A stretch of 64,000 nt of DNA from Macrostomum lignano (lineage: Eukaryota). The stretch is from contig NIVC01000099.1 of the NCBI GenBank assembly GCA_002269645.1, forward strand, positions 372,001-436,000, in the 5' to 3' direction. The notes beneath the pieces were generated by a model, which made no database searches, was not told the DNA's origin, and worked only from the letters and a program-made list of their open reading frames with translations. Shown one piece after another: positions 56,850-64,000 of the stretch. Position 1 is the stretch's first letter. Each line of letters opens with the position of its first letter. The position numbers and the translations under genes were made by a program.

Positions 56850-59710
56850 TTAACGGGTCAGCAGGGTCGACAGCAAGGCTCCGAGCAGTGCAGCCATCGA
56901 CAGTTGCAGCCACGTGGCTCCGGCCAACCTGCCAGACGAACCGGAAGTCGTGGTTTGCGGTGGCGGCGCGGTGGTCGATGGCGGCGCCGTGGTCGAGGTG
57001 TACCAGTCATCGCCGGGACACTCAGAGCTCCACGTCAGAGGCTCGCTGCTATTCTTGTTCGCTTCAGTCAGGAAGTCGAACAGCGGCCCGAAGTACCTGA
57101 TCAGGGGCGCGGCGCTGACCTCCCGAGTGCCAGTCAGCTCCTCCAGCGTGTCCTCCCAGTGCTTGGAGGAGCCGGCGGACAGAATTTTCCTGTTCAATGC
57201 AGGCGGTAGAGTTGCCCAATGTCAGGGAAGGAATGGTTTCTATAAATTGGAAGGCCTCGAGTACGAGGTGGTGCTGAGTTTGCTGGGCAGTGACGGTGGG
57301 CAAGGCTCAGACTCACTTAAGCGCGTCGCCGGCCTCCTTGCTCTGGTAAAAGTCGCACTTGTACAGCGGGCCGGCATGACCGGACTTGTTGCACAGCGCC
57401 TCGTAGAACTGGAACTGAAGGAAGTGGCTGACAAAGTAGCGAATGTAGGGCGTGTTTCCGGGCACGTGGTACTTGGCTCCGGGGTCAAAGTCATCTTCGC
57501 TGCGCGGCACGGGGCTGGAGATGCCCTGCAGGTCGCAACGCAGCTTCCACCACGCCGAGTTGTACTGCTGAGGCGTCACTTCGCCTTTGAAGACGCTCCA
57601 GCGCCACTTGTCGATGAGGTAGCCGAACGGGATGAACGCCAGCTTTTTCAGCGCCATGAGGAACATGTAGTTCACGTAGTACTCGTTGGAATCAATGGTG
57701 GAGTTGAGCAGACCAATCTTCACCAGGTGCTCGGGGGTCATCACCGCCAGCTCGATCGTGTCGCCAACGGCCTCGTGGAAGCCGGGGTTGGCGCCGTCCC
57801 TGAACGGCACTGGCTGCTTCTCGTACTGCATGAAGTACTGGATGTGCCCCATCTCGTGGTGCGTGGTGGCCAGATACGGCAGGGTGACACTGGTGCACTG
57901 CTTGACCCGGAAGTCACCCTCGTTGGTGTAGAAGTCCCACGCAGAGGCGTGGCAGTTCATTTCAACGTTTGGCAGTCGATCCATGACCGTCTTGGCCCAG
58001 AATTTGTCCGTCATATTGCCCAGGCCAAGACTAGCAAAGAACTCTTCGCTCACTCGGAACATCGTTGTAGAATTCCAGCCCTAAAATTCGGGGCAGAGAC
58101 GCCGTCAGTCTGTATGGGCCGTACGTTATGGAACAGATTACTTGTAGTACATCTTCCCTAAATTTCACATCCTTAGGTAGTGGTTTTTTAAAATTTTTGA
58201 CTTGTCTTCATTGCAACTCCAAGCTAACGCCAAGAGCCTCACTTCTAGGAAAGTCGCGAGCAGCTGCAGGGTTACAGCTGAGTCACGAGCTAGAATACGA
58301 ATAGCGAATGCAAACCTTTCGCAGCATCTCCTTGGTGATGTCGACAGTCCAGGATTCCGGATAAGGCATGGTCAGATGGTCCACGTTAGCCCAGCTCTGG
58401 GCCCACATGTTGCCGAGGATGTGCGCCGGCAGGTGATTTGTGAGCGGAAAAATTTCGGAGCCGAAGTGAGGCCTGAGCTTGCTGCGCACGTAGGCGTGAA
58501 GCAGGCTGTAGTAGGGCTTGAACTCCGTCCACAGCTTTTCCATCGTCTGCTCGAAGTCGCTAGTGGGCTCGTACCAGGACTGCCAGTACTCTGCCAGGTT
58601 CGCGTAGCCAGCCTCCTGGATCATCGCGTTGCCAAGCCGGACGAACTCTTCGTAATCATTCTTCATCTTCTTGCCCGACTCATCGCGCCAGCCAACCCAG
58701 AAGTCGCGCTTGACCAACTGCGAGACATCCGGGTCAGCCATGGCCGCAACGATGTCTGTGGGGGGATTTCACAATACAGTCACCCTATTATCTGGATTAG
58801 AACCAAGGCTAATCCGTTTCACAGATGCTGTACTCACAAATTAATAATATTTGAAAACAGAGCTCAGGTTAATGCCGTTGCTAGGCAATGTCTCTTGACG
58901 GAAAAAATAAGGAGGTCAAATATGCCACTATCTATCTTTCTTTTCTAAGACCACAGCAGACTTACTGGGCTCCAGGGGCACCATTTCGCCACTGCGAGGA
59001 TCCTTCACTTTCGCTGTGTTGTAGAACGTAGCCAGTCGAGTTTTGACGCTGCTGTACTGCATTTGTGCGATAGAGACAGAGAGAGAGGGAGAGGGAGCAG
59101 TTATTGATTTGCTAGCAAATTCATTTTTCACAAAAGATCAGCAGTTTCCGTGTTTGAATATCCGTTTAAATTTCCGCTACCTACCGGTATACCCCGTCAT
59201 GACTCTGTTTACTTTACTTGATTTTCTTAGAAACAAGTTGGCGGACGGTAAGGACTTTGTCTATGGCAAAACCTCACTGCTAGGCGTTCTCTGGAGCTTC
59301 TCTGCAGCCTTCCCTCCCGTTGAACATTCAACTGCGAGCCTCACCAGCTCCTGCATGGTCGCATTCGCCACAGACGTTCCGATGTCATCCGACTTGCTGA
59401 ACAGTCGCGTCAGGTTTTTGTCGGTGAAATTTCTCCAAGCAAATTGTTGCATTTCGGTGCGCTTCAGCTTGAGAAACTCCGTCAGCTTGAGCTCGGCCTC
59501 AACCCGTTTGCGCGAGTTCTCATCAGTGATGTTCACGGCGTAGTTCCAGCCGGCCTCCACAGCCAGGTTCCTCTGCACCGCCAGGTCTGAGTTGAACTGC
59601 TCAAACCATTGCCTAGCTGCTGTCTCGTTTGTACTGCCACTGGCATGGCAACAGCCTAGCAACAGCACTAGCAGCAGCGGCACAGCCAACAGGTTGCTAA
59701 GAGTCCGCAT
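56850..59710 (-). CDS. Ace: Angiotensin-converting enzyme (peptidase M2), single catalytic domain, 5 exons, 666 aa: join(59710-59345, 59056-58966, 58755-58316, 58080-57317, 57189-56850)
   Basis: Signal peptide MRTLSNLLAVPLLLVLLLGCCHA; HILGNMWAQSW; CHASAWDFY; zinc motif HHEMGH; GANPGFHEAVGD; FDPGAKYHVPGNTPYIRYF. Four GT-AG introns are phase-compatible and the total of 2001 nt equals 667 codons. Confidence 0.96.
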
Positions 59711-60872
59711 ATTCGCAAGGCACACTGCAAGGCAGCTACTGAATCAGGCTCGAGTAGACTAAGCGGTCAAGTGCATCCAGTTAAAAATGGATTTCCTTAT
59801 CGGCCGGGCGACAGCTCCGGGCAGGCAAATTCGCCATCGAGTTGCGATAAGAAGGAAGGTTCAGCGGCTTACAAGGCTTTGCTCAACTCGGCCTTGAGGC
59901 GAACGATGGCACCTGGGAACGCCCCAAAGCCGATAGAGCTTATCGGGCTTATCGACAGATCTTGAGGCAACGAGCATTATTTGCAGCACGTCTTTGAGCT
60001 GTGCTGTTTGAACATTGAACAGATTTGTCCGCCTCAATCTGTTTTTCTTGTGAACTGGCTATCTCGCCAAACTGCTGGTTGAATTAAAATGACGGGAGGC
60101 AGGTAAATGCTGGTTGCAGTCTGCGGCACTCGAAGCATTGCAGTTTTTTACTCGCTCCGGCAGTCAGCAGGCTATGAAGTTAAGGGACAAAGAAGGTAGC
60201 AGTCCAGTCTCTGCTTTCAAGCCCGCCCACAGAGAGGCTGCAGTATATTTAGCCAATACAATAGGACTCAAAAAGCAAGCACATTGTGGAATTAACATTT
60301 CAATGCACACGCATTGGCAAAAGAAATTAGCAGACTCAGCTTCATCAGAACTACCTTTGCTAAATAATAGAATCAATTGTTTTCACGCATAGAATTCACG
60401 CAATAGTGCAAGCAGCTAGGCAAAAAACGTACACATGAAAAGGATCACAAATATGTATTACAGACACCCATAGGGTGCAGAACTCACAGGAAGATTATAT
60501 ATGACTGATAGGACTCCTGATTTTCCAAAAGGAGATAAATTAAAACTTTCTGTCGAAGCGAAAAGACTTCTGAAGCGTGAGACTTGTGCGCAATTTCACG
60601 ACACTGTGGTGCAACTATCGACTGTACTTTAGCTACTTATCACAATATTCCAGTGTAAGATTAGTATAGTGTAATTAGACAGGTTAAAAAGTTACAAGAA
60701 ATGACGGGACACAGCAGGACCCAATGAACAGAGCTCTTTGATGGTGCGACTTGCAGCTTAAACTGTTCGGCTGGGACAGCGCAGGTCTGTGTATCTGCCG
60801 CTCCCCAGCCAGCGAGAACCAACGTTAATTTTCTGCCCTCGACTTGCTGCGCCTCCCAGAACACCAGCAGTT

Positions 60873-61858
60873 TCACTCGAACCGCATCAGCAACAGCTGT
60901 CTGCGCTTCTGTTCCTCTGTTACTCCGAGCGGCTCGTCCGACAGCTCCACCTCGTCAGCTGCCTCCTCCGTCTTGCGGTTGTTCATCGGCTCCAGGCGAA
61001 TCTCGTCAGTTTGAAATCGGAGGCTTCGCTGGGCAGCTGGCTTCGGCTGCTGGAACTTCTTTCTGCGCGGCGGCCGGCCCAGCGCCAGCGCCATGTTCCG
61101 CCGGAAGTTGGCGCTCCACACGCAGTAGATGAAGAAGTTCACGGCCGAGTTCAGTAGAGTGAGCAGCGAGCCAATCGAGTAGAAGTACGAGTAGAACCAG
61201 TTGCCCTTCTCAAAGTTGGTGTCGAGCAGCAGCTGCCAGACCGCGCCGGGCAGCTCGGTAGCCACAAATACGGCGATGATGACCACCAGCATCTTCGTGT
61301 CCTCAGTCCGTCGTGTCGCCTCCCGCGTGATGGTGGCTCGAATCCGGGATGCCACCAGCAGGCTGCGGATCAGCAGTGCGTTGAACACCAGCAGCCAGAG
61401 CACCGGGCCGAGCGACAGGAAGATAAAGTGCATCAGCTTCTTGTACACCAGCATGTACACTTGGCCAAGGCGCTCCGGCTGGGCTTGGCTGACGTTCAGC
61501 GGCAGGCAGCGGTGCGGCACAACGGTGTACTCCAGCAGTAGCGGCAGGTTGTACAGCAGCGAGGCGGCCGACACAGAGATGCAGTAAATCCGGGACCTGC
61601 GCGGGTTGCTGCGACGGCCGGACATAAACGGATTCTGCACCACGGTGTAGCGGTCCAGAGCCACGATCAGGATGATCCAATTGCGGGCGGTCCGGGCGGC
61701 GCTGCCGAGGTACCAGACGGCCGGCAGGGCAACCTGGATGGCCGGGCTGGCGTTCAGCAGAGTCTGCAGCTGGACTCCAGCGCTGTCGCGGACCAGCACG
61801 CCGAGTCCCATATAAACCACGATGTAGGGCGCCGACAGACCGATAAACACCGTGTCGA
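60873..61858 (-). CDS. Rhodopsin-class peptide GPCR (FMRFamide-receptor-like group), TM2-TM7 exon; N-terminus and TM1 not found
   Basis: (V)DT in TM2; NWIILIVALDRY in TM3; LLYNLP; GPVLWLLVFNALLIRSL; TKMLVVIIAVFVATELP; LLNSAVNFFIYC. Acceptor-like CTCCACCTCTGATGCCCGCAG ends at 61859 (the ORF-track ATG is 61868). Confidence 0.88.
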
Positions 61859-62119
61859 CTGCGGGCATCAGAGGTGGAGAGTTGGGGTGGGGTCGAGGTT
61901 AGAGGAGGTTGACAACTTCAAGAGTTTGAATATCTCTGCAGACTTAAGAAATTTCGCACGAGACCACCTCATGGAGACCCATTGTAGAAGTTTCCTCACG
62001 TACTCAGAACCGGCTTACACAACCCAAGACAGCCCTTTGCATCTCGCACATGTACATACACATGACGCACTGAAGTCCCTTGACTCTTCGAGCATCTCTG
62101 CATTCAAGCACAAAAATTA

Positions 62120-62325
62120 TTCTTTTTCTTCTTTACCACCCATTCATGCACCAGCTTCCTCCACCACTGATTGTCCTTCGCTGCTCTTTTTAACCTCTCC
62201 ATCGTCCATCCGGTCCATTCCTTCAGGTCATCTTCCTCCTGATGTCCGTAATATTTGAGCTTTCTCCGCTTGATGATCTCATCCATTGATTCTGGTTCCT
62301 TTCCCATATGCCTCCTTAACAACAA
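62120..62325 (-). mobile_element. 3' remnant of an RTE-like LINE, internally deleted
   Basis: IIKRRKLKYYGH and DDLKEWTG...AKDNQWWRKLV match the C-terminal motifs of RTE-clade ORFs. It ends in an AAGAAGAAAAAG tail. Confidence 0.7.
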
Positions 62326-63077
62326 AATACGCGGTCAGCGTCACAGGCCACGATTCAGGGCCAGGGCGCGAACGAACGCCACGCCACCGGCCGAATCCGT
62401 GGCGCTGGCGTCAGCCAGCAGGCAGTCGACGGAACGCTGAGTGCGGGCCTGTCCTTAACTTTTCTCCAAACCCGGGAATTTGACTCTTTTCTTTTCCCAT
62501 GTAATCCTTAGCATTCATCTGTAATATTTCATTTCAAACGCTTTGAAATGGATAATTAGCCGGCAGCAATCAACGGAACAGCTCGAGACGTCACGGAGCG
62601 CAGATGACCAGCGAGCTGCATTTGAATTCCCAGAGCTCCCCGCCCTAAAGCAAGCTCAGGTGTTTTCCCGAGCACAGATTAGCTTCACATAATTGTGGTT
62701 GCTGTGCTTCTGCCTGGTCAATTTGGTACACAGAGCAGCTCTCCAGCTGGCTTCCTGAGCAACAGAACCTCTCGCACTCGCACCAACCCAGTAATTATTC
62801 GCCAGCGTGGCCGGCACAACTAACAGCCAGGCCTTCATTTCCTGCGTCAGCGAATGACTGAGCGAGTTGCGAACCAAACCGGACTTGGCAACGCTCAACT
62901 GGCTCGCAATGTCCTGCCTAGTTTAGTTGTCAATCCTAAGCAAATTCCCCAAAGGGACAGATGACAAAGCTTTCTGCTTGCTTTTTTTCGTTTCACAAAA
63001 TGTTTTCAGGTCACACGATTAGTTTTCTGGTAATAGAAATGAAATAATAATACTTAAACAAACTTTACAAGAAGGAC

Positions 63078-64000
63078 TGTAGGCTTGGTTGCAGTGAGTG
63101 TAGGCTTGGTTGCAATGAGTGTAGGTTTGGTTGCAGTGAGTGTAGGTTTGGTTGCAATGAGTGTAGGTTTGGTTGCAGTGAGTGTAGGTTTGGTTGCAAT
63201 GAGTGTAGGTTTGGTTGCAGTGAGTGTAGGTTTGGTTGCAGTGAGTGTAGGTTTGGTTGCAGTGAGTGTAGGTTTGGTTGCAGTGAGTGTAGGCTTGGTT
63301 GCAGTGAGTGTAGGTTTGGTTGCAGTGAGTGTAGGTTTGGTTGCAGTGAGTGTAGGCTTGGTTGCAGTGAGTGTAGGTTTGGTTGCAGTGAGTGTAGGTT
63401 TGGTTGCAGTGAGTGTAGGTTTGGTTGCAGTGAGTGTAGGCTTGGTTGCAGTGAGTGTAGGTTTGGTTGCAATGAGTGTAGGTTTGGTTGCAGTGAGTGT
63501 AGGTTTGGTTGCAATGAGTGTAGGTTTGGTTGCAGTGAGTGTAGGTTTGGTTGCAGTGAGTGTAGGTTTGGTTGCAGTGAGTGTAGGTTTGGTTGCAGTG
63601 AGTGTAGGCTTGGTTGCAGTGAGTGTAGGTTTGGTTGCAGTGAGTGTAGGTTTGGTTGCAGTGAGTGTAGGCTTGGTTGCAGTGAGTGTAGGTTTGGTTG
63701 CAGTGAGTGTAGGTTTGGTTGCAGTGAGTGTAGGTTTGGTTGCAGTGAGTGTAGGCTTGGTTGCAGTGAGTGTAGGTTTGGTTGCAGTGAGTGTAGGTTT
63801 GGTTGCAGTGAGTGTAGGTTTGGTTGCAGTGAGTGTAGGTTTGGTTGCAGTGAGTGTAGGCTTGGTTGCAGTGAGTGTAGGCTTGGTTGCAGTGACTGTA
63901 GGTTTGGTTGCAGTGAGTGTAGGTTTGGTTGCAGTGAGTGTAGGCTTGGTTGCAGTGAGTGTAGGTTTGGTTGCAGTGAGTGTAGGTTTGGTTGCAGTGA
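63078..64000. repeat. 21-bp minisatellite GTAGG(T/C)TTGGTTGCAGTGAGT, running off the window end
   Basis: Read directly. Confidence 0.97.

Noticed and set aside
56914-58948. 415-aa and 248-aa plus-strand ORFs
   Set aside because: Antisense shadows of GC-rich ACE exons; the same applies to plus-strand ORFs over the cadherin, channel and GPCR exons.

Overview
Eukaryotic (animal) genomic DNA with GC-rich exons separated by introns and spacers full of unrelated mini/microsatellites (about 30 arrays, roughly 30% of the window by my coordinate sum). This architecture and the gene content suggest a flatworm such as Macrostomum (inference). Genes reconstructed by hand: (1) a DEG/ENaC (FaNaC/ASIC-like) channel, minus strand 3509-5245; (2) a 9-exon, 7-cadherin-repeat protocadherin, minus strand 18138-39679 (1114 aa, one GC-AG intron, PDZ-type C-terminus); (3) a 4-exon tandem cyclic-nucleotide-binding-domain protein, plus strand 45995-50249 (413 aa); (4) a 5-exon angiotensin-converting enzyme (M2 peptidase), minus strand 56850-59710 (666 aa, probably GPI-anchored); (5) a rhodopsin-class peptide GPCR lacking TM1 in view, minus strand 60873-61858. 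Mobile elements: a 394-bp foldback MITE with an AAT target-site duplication, a 5'-truncated RT+RNase H LINE inserted in a satellite, and an RTE remnant. Weaker candidates are a profilin-like fragment and an unassigned pseudogene. No rRNA, tRNA or CRISPR array is supported. The most unusual signals are the channel's pore-residue substitutions and the GPI-type tail on ACE.
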